A DNA stretch of 45,102 nucleotides, from positions 1 through 45,102 of the forward strand of contig JAADFB010000083.1 in the NCBI GenBank assembly GCA_013153095.1. The letters are read 5' to 3'. The notes under the pieces are model-generated. The model worked only from the letters and a program-made list of their open reading frames with translations. It was not told the origin of the DNA and searched no databases. The DNA is from Campylobacterota bacterium. Its GTDB lineage: Bacteria; Campylobacterota; Campylobacteria; Campylobacterales; Nitratiruptoraceae. Positions 10,779 through 19,893 of this stretch are shown piece by piece. The position numbers and the translations under genes were made by a program. Position 1 is the first letter of the stretch; every line of letters begins with the position of its first letter.

Positions 10779-11375
10779 ATGAATTTTAATATTGTGGAAT
10801 TTTTTTCTGAGACTATTAAGTTGGTACAACAGCAAGATCACGGTTCTATCTGGTTGATTTTGTTGATAGGTTTTCTATTTGGAGTTATTATCCAATGGAG
10901 CAGGGTGGATACTTTCGATAAAATTGCAGGTTTTGCAATGTTAAAAGGGTTTAAAGTCCCAAAAATGCTTTTTTTCAGCATTGGGATCGCCTCTATTGGG
11001 TTATTTTTTTTGATTAAGATGGGCTTAGCTAGCTACCATATCAAGCCTATAATGTTGGGAGGGATAATTTTAGGTGGAATAATTTTTGCCATTGGGATGG
11101 CGATTTTAGGATTATGTCCTGGAACAGGTCCGGTTGCTGTAAGTGAAGGAAATTTAGATGTATTAGTTGGCTTGATTGGAGGGATTTTTGCAGGCGCTCT
11201 TTTTACCTATCTTTATCCTGAGTTAGAGAAAATTATGGGGCCTAATTTAGGAAAACTTACCTTAACCCAGTTTTTTGATGGAAGTTGGTTTATCTTCTTA
11301 TACGGAGTTGCACTGATAGCGATCGCATTTTTACTTCCTAATAGAGAGATTGAGGAAGAAGTGGGGGAGGTGTAA
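10779..11375 (+). CDS. YeeE/YedE-family sulfur-compound transporter, second subunit
   Basis: GGIIFAIGMAILGLCPGTG motif; multiple TM helices; tandem with the preceding YeeE gene. Confidence 0.88.
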   Translation: MNFNIVEFFSETIKLVQQQDHGSIWLILLIGFLFGVIIQWSRVDTFDKIAGFAMLKGFKVPKMLFFSIGIASIGLFFLIKMGLASYHIKPIMLGGIILGGIIFAIGMAILGLCPGTGPVAVSEGNLDVLVGLIGGIFAGALFTYLYPELEKIMGPNLGKLTLTQFFDGSWFIFLYGVALIAIAFLLPNREIEEEVGEV

Positions 11376-11381
11376 CCTCTC

Positions 11382-12185
11382 CTAAAGATTTCCACTAGCT
11401 TTTCTTTTGTACTCCTCAATTGTGGTGAAAAACTCATCCTCTTCTTGCTGGGTTTGTTCTTTTATCGCCTCTTCAAAATTTTGAGTCTGGATCACATTTT
11501 CAAAATCCTCTTGAGTTAAAATCTCGCCTTCTTTATATTTCCCCAATAACACATTATTAGCTCCCGTAAGAACCAAATAATCGATTCCTTTAAAAGAGAT
11601 TAAAGCTATCTTATTTTTGCCATCTAACCGTTTTTCAAATTTTATAGAAAACTCGTTTTTTTGTGGATGTTCAACCACAATCTTTTTAGTTTTGGTAGGT
11701 TTGGTATATTTTTGCCATAACTTAAAAAGTAGTAATCCACCAACTAAAACCGCTAAAATTAACACGATCCATAAAAGAGTATCTAACCATTTAATTCCCC
11801 GTTTTTCTAACGCTTCAGGAGGAATTTTTAAGCTTAAAATTAGAGAGTAACCGCCATCATTTCTAGGACGATATGCGGAGAGTTTTAAAGGATGGGTTAC
11901 ATAGAAAACAATATCAACCCCATTATTGGTAGAAGGTAAAACATCTATTTGATAAACCACAGGATTATCCAACTTTTTTTGCCAAGGGGATAATATTTCT
12001 GCATCACTTAAGTGGATAACTATTCTATCTGTATCTTTCCCCTTCTCAATTTTTCCTTCAAAGGGAAGATCGAAATTGATAATTAAGTCGAGGCGATTTT
12101 TATACTCTTTTACGTTGAGGTTTAAAATCGTTGAAGCTGCAAGGTTTAAAACTGTGAAAACCAGGATTAAGACCGCTCTTTTCAA
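11382..12185 (-). CDS. FliO-like membrane protein with N-terminal periplasmic (AMIN-like) domain
   Basis: Signal peptide, beta-rich domain (RLDLIINFDLPFEG), one TM, then KFEKRLDGKNKIALISFKGIDYLVLTG, resembling the FliO cytoplasmic domain; this layout is known for Campylobacterota FliO. Confidence 0.6.
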   Translation of the reverse strand: MKRAVLILVFTVLNLAASTILNLNVKEYKNRLDLIINFDLPFEGKIEKGKDTDRIVIHLSDAEILSPWQKKLDNPVVYQIDVLPSTNNGVDIVFYVTHPLKLSAYRPRNDGGYSLILSLKIPPEALEKRGIKWLDTLLWIVLILAVLVGGLLLFKLWQKYTKPTKTKKIVVEHPQKNEFSIKFEKRLDGKNKIALISFKGIDYLVLTGANNVLLGKYKEGEILTQEDFENVIQTQNFEEAIKEQTQQEEDEFFTTIEEYKRKASGNL

Positions 12186-12257
12186 TAGGACTCCTACTGC
12201 GTGATGAAAAATATTATAGTGAAAATTTAGTATAATCGGGCTTAAAAAAGGGCTTTG

Positions 12258-12986
12258 ATGGAGCTCATTATTGTTGGTATTATTGTTGGGTTTTTGTCCG
12301 GTTTTTTTGGCATAGGTGGAGGTACGATTTTAGTACCTATTCTTCTTTATTTAGGTTACGATATAAAAGAGGCTGTTGGAATTTCCGTTACTCAGATGGT
12401 TTTTAGCTCCCTTTTTGGTTCCTACCTAAATTTTAAAAAGAATCTTTTTAAAATTAAAGAGGGTTTAGCGATAGGATTGGGTGGAGCGTTGGGGGCGATG
12501 GGAAGTGGATATTTTCTAAAAGTTGTCCCTAGCAAAGTGTTGGAATATATGTTTTTGGTATTTGTACTTTTTGCGATGTACCGTTTTTTTAAAGCTCCTG
12601 TTCAAACTCACCCATCTAAAGAGATTCCACCTTTTACTATCTTTTTAGTGGGAGCGTTTATTGGGCTTTTTGCTATCAGTATTGGAGTTGGTGGTTCCAT
12701 TTTAGTAACTCCAATTTTGGTAGGCTTTTTCCATTTAGACGTTAAAAAAGCCGCTTCGATGGGGCTTTTCTTTGTAATATTTTCCTCTTTGAGTGGATTT
12801 ATTAGTTTAAGTCTTTTTGGACATATCGATTATTTACACGGATTTTTGGTAGGGGCATCCTCTTTGATTGGAGTCTATTTTGGGATCAAGGTTGCCCATA
12901 AAACTGAGAGAAAAAGATTTAAAAAAGCTTTGATAGCTATCTATTCGTTGATTTTAGTACTGGTTGCAAAAAAAATCTTTTTGTAA
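12258..12986 (+). CDS. TauE/SafE-family sulfite exporter-like permease
   Basis: Duplicated GFFGIGGGTILVP / SIGVGGSILVTP motifs, about 8 TM helices; TATAAT at 12231-12236. Confidence 0.9.
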   Translation: MELIIVGIIVGFLSGFFGIGGGTILVPILLYLGYDIKEAVGISVTQMVFSSLFGSYLNFKKNLFKIKEGLAIGLGGALGAMGSGYFLKVVPSKVLEYMFLVFVLFAMYRFFKAPVQTHPSKEIPPFTIFLVGAFIGLFAISIGVGGSILVTPILVGFFHLDVKKAASMGLFFVIFSSLSGFISLSLFGHIDYLHGFLVGASSLIGVYFGIKVAHKTERKRFKKALIAIYSLILVLVAKKIFL

Positions 12987-12994
12987 GGAGCTAG

Positions 12995-15730
12995 ATGGGA
13001 ACTATTAAAATTTTTGGAGCTAGAGAGCATAACTTAAAAAATATCTCCTTAGAGATTCCCAAAAACTCCTTAGTGGTGATTACCGGTTTATCTGGGAGTG
13101 GAAAAAGCTCTTTAGCTTTTAATACCATCTATGCAGAGGGACAGCGTAGATATATCGAATCTCTCTCTAGTTACGCTAGACAGTTTTTAGACCGTTTAGA
13201 TAAACCGGATGTAGACAAGATTGAAGGGTTAACTCCAGCCGTAGCGATTGAACAAAAAAGTACTAGTAAAAATCCTAGGTCTACAGTAGGTACAGTAACG
13301 GAAATTTACGATTATCTACGCCTATTATACTCTAGAGTTGGAGTACAACATTGTCATAAATGTGATCAGCCTATCTCCTCAATGAGTTCTCAAGAGATTA
13401 TTCACGAGGTATTAAAACTTCCTAAAAACAGTAAGCTAATAATCTTAGCCCCTTTAGTAGAAGAGAAAAAAGGAAGTTTTAATGAGCTTCTTCAAAAGCT
13501 TAGAAAAGAAGGGTATATTAGAGCGGTTATTGATGGGATAACTGTAAGATTGGATGAGGAGATAGAGCTTTCTAAAAATAAAAAACACACTATTAAAGTT
13601 ATAGTCGATAGAGTAGTAGTTAAAGAGGAGAATAAAGAACGGATAGCAGAAGATATTGAAAAAGCTTTAAGTTTGGGGGATGGGGAAGTTGAAATTGAAT
13701 TAGTTGAGGAAAAAAAACAGCTCCATTTTAGTCAAAAGCGAGCTTGTAGTCGATGTAAAGTTAGCTTTGAGCCTTTAGAGCCGTTAAGTTTTTCTTTTAA
13801 TTCCCCTAAAGGAGCGTGTGAAGAGTGTGATGGATTAGGAGTAAAATATTTGATAGACTTTTCTAAAATCTTAAAACCAAACACACCTCTTTTAAAACTT
13901 TTTCCCACTAAAAGCTCCCATTTTAAACTTTTTAAACTTTTTTGTGAAGGTGAGGGGATCGATTTAAATAGATCGTTTGAAGAGTTGAAAGAAGATCAAC
14001 AAAAAGCTATCCTATATGGAACTTCTAAAAAGTTCTCTTTTAGATTGGGTAGAAAGTATGTTACCAAATCCTGGAGAGGTCTGATAAAAGTTATGTATGA
14101 GGATTTAAAAGAGTATGCAGTTGAAAAGGAGTGTCCTAGATGTAAAGGATACCGTTTAAAGTTGGAAAGTTTGGCTGTAAAAGTTGCTAATAAAGGATTG
14201 AGGGAAATTTTAGATCTACCTATTGAAGAAGCGGTAAAATTTTTTGACTCTAAAGAAAACTTTTCTTATCTAAGTAAAGGGGAACAACGGATAGCCGAAC
14301 CGATTTTAAAGGAGATTAGGGAAAGGTTGTTTTTTTTAGTAGACGTAGGTTTAGGATATTTAACTTTAGGTAGAGATGCTAGAACTATAAGCGGAGGAGA
14401 GGCTCAAAGAATTAGGATAGCTAGTCAAATAGGGAGCGGATTGACTGGAGTTACTTATGTGTTAGATGAACCAAGTATTGGATTGCACGAGCGAGATACT
14501 TTAAAACTGGTTAATACCCTAAAAAATCTCCAAAAAAAGGGAAATACCGTCATTGTAGTAGAACACGATAGGAAAACGATCGAAGCGGCAGATTTTATTG
14601 TAGATATGGGACCGGGAGCAGGTAAATTTGGTGGTGAAATAGTTTTTTCAGGAAGTTTAGAAGAGTTGAAAAAAAGCGATACCTTAACTGCAAAATATTT
14701 AACTAAGAAAGGGGTTTTCTACTCTAAAGGGAGAAAACCACAAGGATGGCTTACTTTAAAAAATGTAAATATTAACAACATCTCCAATTTAAAAGTCAGC
14801 TTCCCTTTAAAAAATTTTGTAGTAGTTAGTGGAGTTAGTGGGAGTGGAAAAAGCTCTTTAGTACTACAGACTCTACTTCCAGTAGTGAAGGAAGCATTGC
14901 ATAGGAAAATTAAAAAGATAGAAAGGGTAGAGGTTGAAGGAGTAGAGAATTTAGATAAAGTGATCTCTTTAGATCAAACTCCTATAGGAAGAACTCCAAA
15001 ATCCAATCCCGCAACCTATACCGGAGCTATGGATGATATTAGAGAGTTATTTGCCTCTACTAAAGAGGCTAAAATGAGAGGGTACGGGATTAGTAGGTTT
15101 AGCTTTAACCTTAAAGGTGGAAGGTGTGAAAAGTGCAAGGGGGAAGGGGAGATAAAGATTGAGATGCATTTTCTTCCTGATGTGATGATTAAATGTGAAG
15201 TGTGTAAAGGAAAGCGGTACAACTCTCAAACCCTAGAAATTAAGTATAAAGGAAAAAATATAGCTGAGGTTTTGGAGATGAGTGTAGATGAAGCTGTAGA
15301 GTTTTTTAAAGCGATCCCAAAACTTCATAAAAAATTAAAAACTCTTCAAGATGTTGGACTTGGCTATTTGACTTTAGGACAAAATGCTGTAACTTTAAGC
15401 GGAGGAGAGGCTCAGAGGGTAAAAATTGCTAAAGAGTTGAGTAAAAGAAGTACAGGAAAAACCCTCTATATTTTAGATGAGCCTACCACAGGACTGCATT
15501 TTTATGATATAGAAAAATTGGTAAATGTGTTACAGCGACTAGTAGATTTAGGAAATAGTGTAATAGTTATTGAGCATAATTTGGATGTAATTAAGAGTGC
15601 TGACTACATAATAGATATGGGACCTGAAGGGGGAAATAAAGGAGGTAAGATTGTTGCTCAAGGAACTCCTAAGGAAGTAGCAAAAACTAACACTCATACA
15701 GGAAGATTTTTAAGGGAAGAACTCCCTTAA
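12995..15730 (+). CDS. uvrA: Excinuclease ABC subunit A
   Basis: GAREHNLKN, two Walker A motifs (GLSGSGKSS, GVSGSGKSS), two SGGEAQR signatures, CxxC zinc modules. Confidence 0.98.
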   Translation: MGTIKIFGAREHNLKNISLEIPKNSLVVITGLSGSGKSSLAFNTIYAEGQRRYIESLSSYARQFLDRLDKPDVDKIEGLTPAVAIEQKSTSKNPRSTVGTVTEIYDYLRLLYSRVGVQHCHKCDQPISSMSSQEIIHEVLKLPKNSKLIILAPLVEEKKGSFNELLQKLRKEGYIRAVIDGITVRLDEEIELSKNKKHTIKVIVDRVVVKEENKERIAEDIEKALSLGDGEVEIELVEEKKQLHFSQKRACSRCKVSFEPLEPLSFSFNSPKGACEECDGLGVKYLIDFSKILKPNTPLLKLFPTKSSHFKLFKLFCEGEGIDLNRSFEELKEDQQKAILYGTSKKFSFRLGRKYVTKSWRGLIKVMYEDLKEYAVEKECPRCKGYRLKLESLAVKVANKGLREILDLPIEEAVKFFDSKENFSYLSKGEQRIAEPILKEIRERLFFLVDVGLGYLTLGRDARTISGGEAQRIRIASQIGSGLTGVTYVLDEPSIGLHERDTLKLVNTLKNLQKKGNTVIVVEHDRKTIEAADFIVDMGPGAGKFGGEIVFSGSLEELKKSDTLTAKYLTKKGVFYSKGRKPQGWLTLKNVNINNISNLKVSFPLKNFVVVSGVSGSGKSSLVLQTLLPVVKEALHRKIKKIERVEVEGVENLDKVISLDQTPIGRTPKSNPATYTGAMDDIRELFASTKEAKMRGYGISRFSFNLKGGRCEKCKGEGEIKIEMHFLPDVMIKCEVCKGKRYNSQTLEIKYKGKNIAEVLEMSVDEAVEFFKAIPKLHKKLKTLQDVGLGYLTLGQNAVTLSGGEAQRVKIAKELSKRSTGKTLYILDEPTTGLHFYDIEKLVNVLQRLVDLGNSVIVIEHNLDVIKSADYIIDMGPEGGNKGGKIVAQGTPKEVAKTNTHTGRFLREELP

Positions 15731-15737
15731 AAATCTT
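15703..15737. terminator. Perfect 15-bp hairpin at the convergent uvrA / hypothetical gene junction
   Basis: AAGATTTTTAAGGGA-agaac-TCCCTTAAAAATCTT; both stop codons lie in the right arm. Confidence 0.65.
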
Positions 15738-16362
15738 GAGGCAAAGGTAAAAGACTAGTAGAAGGTGCTATAGAAGAGCTAGATTGAGTTTCACTAGATT
15801 CACTAGAGGAAGAAGTAGTTGGGGTGGTATCTATAAATTCTACCTTAGTAGGTCCTAGTTTTGGAACATCTTCTTTAAATTCAACTTCAACATTTTCTAA
15901 ATATTTGAGTAAGTCATCCGCTCTTCCATCTTTATTAACATCTAGATACTTAAAGTAATGGTTCTCATCTGCTCCCATAAGTTTAAAAACTTTTTTACTT
16001 GTAGTTATGTAAAGCCAAGAGAATCTTTTGTCCATATCTTGAGGAAAGTTGATAAAAACAAAATAGCCGATAGGGTTGATCTCTTCAGTAGGAAGCTCGA
16101 TACTTTCAAAACCAAACGCGTTATTCTCGTTAGGAGTTGTACCTAAAAGTCTAAACGCTCTACCATCGGAAGAGATATAGATCCAATCATTATAATCAAT
16201 TTTGGAGTTTTTATCAAAGTCATAAGGCATAAAATAGCCATTTATCTTAAAACTACCTTTTTGAGTTAAAAACTCTTTTAAACCTTGCAAGTAAGGATCC
16301 TCACTAGCAGTAGCAAAACTACCCAATACCACTAAGATTATCGCCGATAAGAATCGCTTCAT
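15727..16362 (-). CDS. Secreted hypothetical protein with two internal ~40-aa repeats, DxDxDG-like loops and a Ser/Thr-rich tail
   Basis: Likely start ATG 16362 (AAAGGAG SD; MKRFLSAIILVVLGSFATA signal peptide). Repeats follow GYF...W[IL]YI...F[RK]L[LM]G. Confidence 0.75.
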   Translation of the reverse strand: MKRFLSAIILVVLGSFATASEDPYLQGLKEFLTQKGSFKINGYFMPYDFDKNSKIDYNDWIYISSDGRAFRLLGTTPNENNAFGFESIELPTEEINPIGYFVFINFPQDMDKRFSWLYITTSKKVFKLMGADENHYFKYLDVNKDGRADDLLKYLENVEVEFKEDVPKLGPTKVEFIDTTPTTSSSSESSETQSSSSIAPSTSLLPLPQDF

Positions 16363-16491
16363 CTGTTCTCCTTTAAAAGTTTTACCCAAATTATAGTTGC
16401 TTAAAAAAGAAATTATAATAAATGTTAGTATCAATTCAAAAAATTAAAACTCTTTTAGTAAACTAGGAATAAAATTTTTAAGGAGTAAAAT

Positions 16492-17511
16492 GTGGGGCGA
16501 TTTTTTCTTAAAGCTTTCTGGGGAACTATCATCTTTCTTTTACTTGTATATGCAGGGGTAATGATTTATATCAACCGTACCGCAATTTTTCCTAACACTG
16601 AGAAAAATCTAACCAAAGACCTCATCCAAAAAATTCAACAAAACTCTCCCTATTTAATTCAAATTGTTCAAGATTCTTCTAATGAAAGTAAAGAGCAAAT
16701 AAGACAGTTAATTGATAAGGAGATAGAGGTTGCTTATAAACCTCTCTTAGATCAAGTAGATAATTTTACAACTTTTCACTACTCCGTTAGGGGAGAATAT
16801 ACAGAAATCTATTACATTTTAACTAATCAATTTGATGAACTTCTTAGAAAAGAGCTTTTTGAGCCAGCTAATTTTGATGAAAATATAAAAGATGCCCTTA
16901 ATCGGATAAACTATTCCGCATTGCAAGTTATAAACTCCTCTTTAACCACTACTCAAACCTCCTTCCAGACTTTACTTGGATTGGATAAAAACGCTACCGC
17001 AATGCTTTTTGACGATCTTTTAAATTTTTCTGTTAAAGATATTATTCTTCGTTACGAAATCAATCTTACCAACTCTATAAAAGGGGTAGGAACTGGAGGA
17101 GGAGCTTTAGGTGGGGCGTTATTGGGAAAAGCTATCGCAAAAAAGTTGAGTCAAAAAACACTTTTAAAAGGTGGAACAAAGTTAGGAGCCAAAGTTTTAG
17201 TAAGTGCAGAAAGCGCTCTATCAACTTCAACAGTAGGAGCGTTAGGAGGACCGGTTGGAGCGTTTTTAGGAGGAGTTATAGGTGCTGTTGGTGGATGGAT
17301 AGCTAGCGACGCCGCAATTATTGCTGCAGAGAAAAAGCTAACCTCTCAAGAGTTTAAGAAAGAGCTTCAAAAACTTCTCACAGAGCAAAAAGAGCATACT
17401 AAAGAAACTCTTTATAAAATCTATCTTAATAAAGTTCAAAGTTGGGAACAGAATCTAACCAAGCAAATAGAAAAAGTTAAAAGTCAACCGATTAAGGAGA
17501 TGTTGAGGTAG
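16492..17511 (+). CDS. Hypothetical membrane-anchored helical protein with glycine-zipper segments
   Basis: AAGGAG SD before GTG; N-terminal TM; GVGTGGGALGGALLG and GALGGPVGAFLGGVIGAVGG; coiled-coil-like C-terminus. Confidence 0.8.
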   Translation: MGRFFLKAFWGTIIFLLLVYAGVMIYINRTAIFPNTEKNLTKDLIQKIQQNSPYLIQIVQDSSNESKEQIRQLIDKEIEVAYKPLLDQVDNFTTFHYSVRGEYTEIYYILTNQFDELLRKELFEPANFDENIKDALNRINYSALQVINSSLTTTQTSFQTLLGLDKNATAMLFDDLLNFSVKDIILRYEINLTNSIKGVGTGGGALGGALLGKAIAKKLSQKTLLKGGTKLGAKVLVSAESALSTSTVGALGGPVGAFLGGVIGAVGGWIASDAAIIAAEKKLTSQEFKKELQKLLTEQKEHTKETLYKIYLNKVQSWEQNLTKQIEKVKSQPIKEMLR

Positions 17512-17527
17512 GGAGAATTCCCTACCT
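17506..17527. terminator. 9-bp hairpin joining two convergent stop codons
   Basis: AGGTAGGGA-gaat-TCCCTACCT; both genes end AGG-TAG inside the arms. Confidence 0.55.
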
Positions 17528-18625
17528 ACATACCGCTTCACTTTGGATAGTAAGACAGTTGGTAAAATGTTTTATTAGATTTTGGGTATTATGTTCTACA
17601 GCGTCAATGCTAAAATCGTAGTTGAAAAGAAGGTCTATATTTGCCTGAGAACTATAACCGTTAACTTTTCCTTCATAAGGACAAGTTTCATAAAAGTCCT
17701 GTTTTACCGGAGAAAGAGTACTCATATTAACCCACTCGCTACTACATTCACTTCTAGCTAATCCAGAGAAAGTAGTAACCACCTCATCCTCGTAAGTGGA
17801 TTGGATGATATAATTTTGTAGTTCTAAAAAGGAGTTTCGTTGAAAGTTTTGAGATTTTAAGTAATCGATCCTAAAATCTACACTTTTTACCCGTAGCTCT
17901 TGAGTGTAATCATCTTGTACATAGGTTAAATTGACTGTAGCAGAAGGTAAGGTTATCACTTCATTGGGGCTTCTAATCTCTAAATTTTCATACTTAGCGA
18001 TGGCATTGTTTAAAGTTAATATTTCTAAAGATATTTTTCCATTAGTGGTAATTCCGCTTGCATCTACACAAGAATGGTATTCTATTACCATATGGTTGGA
18101 GTCGATATAGTTGGTAACTACACTTCCCCCTTGGGGACAAGGTTCATTAGTAATATAGCGGGTATAAGAAGGGTTAACTTTTCTTATAAGTTCTAAAGGA
18201 AGTTGTTGGAGTGATCTAACTTTTTTCCTAGTTGGTTTTACAAATCCAGTAACCAGTTTCAAAGCGTTATCTACTGTGGCTCTAACTGCTGTATTTGCCA
18301 CCGCTTCTTGGGTAGAAACCGCGGAAGCTGATAAAATCCTAACCCCCGTTAAAGAAACTTCAAAACGTAATCCATACTGCCTAGGATCTCCTAAAATAGT
18401 GTAGTTAAAAGTCCCATCAGGATTTAATCCTTCCAGTTTTGCTACAAAATTTCCATCAGTTGTTAAAGCTAACCAATCAAAAACGCCACTTCCATATCTT
18501 ACAAACATTATAGGATTTTTTAAGGTTTCTCCAACCTTAGTTTTGAGAATACTAGCTATATACCACGGATCTCCTGCAAAAAGTGAAAAACTAAAAAGTA
18601 AGCTTAAAACTAGCTTTCTCATCAT
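17522..18625 (-). CDS. Secreted hypothetical protein: N-terminal FDW...KLxG module plus Cys-containing beta-rich domain
   Basis: AAAGGAG SD; signal peptide RKLVLSLLFSFSLFA; six Cys in the C-terminal domain (CPQGGSV, HSCVD, SECS, TCPYEG, TNCL, VCR). Confidence 0.8.
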   Translation of the reverse strand: MMRKLVLSLLFSFSLFAGDPWYIASILKTKVGETLKNPIMFVRYGSGVFDWLALTTDGNFVAKLEGLNPDGTFNYTILGDPRQYGLRFEVSLTGVRILSASAVSTQEAVANTAVRATVDNALKLVTGFVKPTRKKVRSLQQLPLELIRKVNPSYTRYITNEPCPQGGSVVTNYIDSNHMVIEYHSCVDASGITTNGKISLEILTLNNAIAKYENLEIRSPNEVITLPSATVNLTYVQDDYTQELRVKSVDFRIDYLKSQNFQRNSFLELQNYIIQSTYEDEVVTTFSGLARSECSSEWVNMSTLSPVKQDFYETCPYEGKVNGYSSQANIDLLFNYDFSIDAVEHNTQNLIKHFTNCLTIQSEAVCR

Positions 18626-18663
18626 TTCTCCTTTTTCTTTATATTTTAACTTAATTTCAGTAA

Positions 18664-19890
18664 CTAGGAGGAGAGATTTTCTATAATGAATTTGGTAATA
18701 CCGTCTTGATGTTGATAGGCAAGTTTGAAGTTGTGCATTTTTAAGATATTATCTACGATGTATAATCCTAATCCAAAACCGCTTCTTTTTCCATCTTTGG
18801 TAAAAGGTTCTAGATAGTGGGCTAAGGTTTTAGGGAGAGGGTTGCCTTTGTTATGGATTTCTATCCTATCTGGATAAACTTCAAGCTTTACTTTTCTATC
18901 TGTAGAATATTTCAAAGCGTTATCGATAAGATTTTTCAACGCTATAGCCATTAGACGGTAATCTACTTGGATAGTTGGATCCTCTTTATACTCTATTATC
19001 AACTCTTTCTTATCAAACATCCCGATATTTATCGCCTCAGTAATTAGATCGGAAGCTTTTATAGTTTGTAGTTGAGGTTTTATTTTAGAATTTACCGCTT
19101 CTAGTGCCGCTAGTTCGTTGATTAAAGAGTTAAGTTTTTCAAAAATATGGATTAACCGTTCTTTTTGTTTGAGATCTTCTACCATCTCAGCTTGAATTCT
19201 TCCTTTAGTGATTGGAGTTTTTAACTCGTGCATAATATTTCTTAAAAGTAGTTTTCTAGAGTTTTGGATCGCTTTTAAAGATTTTGCGGCCTCCTGGAGT
19301 CCATGCGCTACCTCACTAACTTCTTTAAACCCTTTCACATTTTCTAAGTCTAAATCCAACTTTCCCTGCGAAAACTTCTCTAACTCTTTAGTAATTTTTT
19401 TAAGCGGTTTTAGTTTAAAAATTATCATCACATAGATTAGAAGTAACAAAAAGGTTGTAATTGCAAAGATGGTTGTATAGAGCATTCTAAAAAAATCGCT
19501 CTTTTGGGAGAGGTCTTTTAAAAGAAGTGTATTTCCATAGCTTTGAATCCAGATATAATATTCCCCATTAAATTTTAAAATTATTATCTCTCCAATAGGG
19601 TATCTAGTTCTTTTGATAATTTTAGCGTGTTTAGCGATATGGATCATCTCTTTAGGATGGGTTATAGGAAGAAAGTCTAGATTTTGAAGGTCTTTAATTA
19701 AGCTGTTGGGATTTTGTACCGTACCCAATTGCCAAATTAAAGATTTAGCGATAAACTCAAACCTTTTCTGTAATCTGTTTTGGGTACTTGCTTTGATATA
19801 TTGCAGACTTAGGAAATAAGCTCCTCCTATTCCTATAAACGCTAAGAGAAAGATTAAGGTAATCCATAAAAAAATAGAGGTTCGTTTCAT
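18664..19890 (-). CDS. Sensor histidine kinase (HAMP-HisKA-HATPase), CprS/ArsS-like
   Basis: Two TM helices, HAMP, MHELKTPITKG H-box, NLIDNALKYS, GFGLGLYIV; gene order htrA-regulator-kinase as in C. jejuni htrA-cprR-cprS. Confidence 0.92.
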   Translation of the reverse strand: MKRTSIFLWITLIFLLAFIGIGGAYFLSLQYIKASTQNRLQKRFEFIAKSLIWQLGTVQNPNSLIKDLQNLDFLPITHPKEMIHIAKHAKIIKRTRYPIGEIIILKFNGEYYIWIQSYGNTLLLKDLSQKSDFFRMLYTTIFAITTFLLLLIYVMIIFKLKPLKKITKELEKFSQGKLDLDLENVKGFKEVSEVAHGLQEAAKSLKAIQNSRKLLLRNIMHELKTPITKGRIQAEMVEDLKQKERLIHIFEKLNSLINELAALEAVNSKIKPQLQTIKASDLITEAINIGMFDKKELIIEYKEDPTIQVDYRLMAIALKNLIDNALKYSTDRKVKLEVYPDRIEIHNKGNPLPKTLAHYLEPFTKDGKRSGFGLGLYIVDNILKMHNFKLAYQHQDGITKFIIENLSS

Positions 19891-19893
19891 CTT

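Noticed and set aside
10260-11375. Two short YeeE ORFs as a broken pseudogene
   Set aside because: The second has its own SD and ATG after a 12-bp gap, and paired short YeeE/YedE genes are a common natural arrangement.
15727-18625. Three-gene islet as prophage or mobile element
   Set aside because: No integrase, transposase, tRNA target or flanking direct repeats seen, and composition looks like the surroundings.
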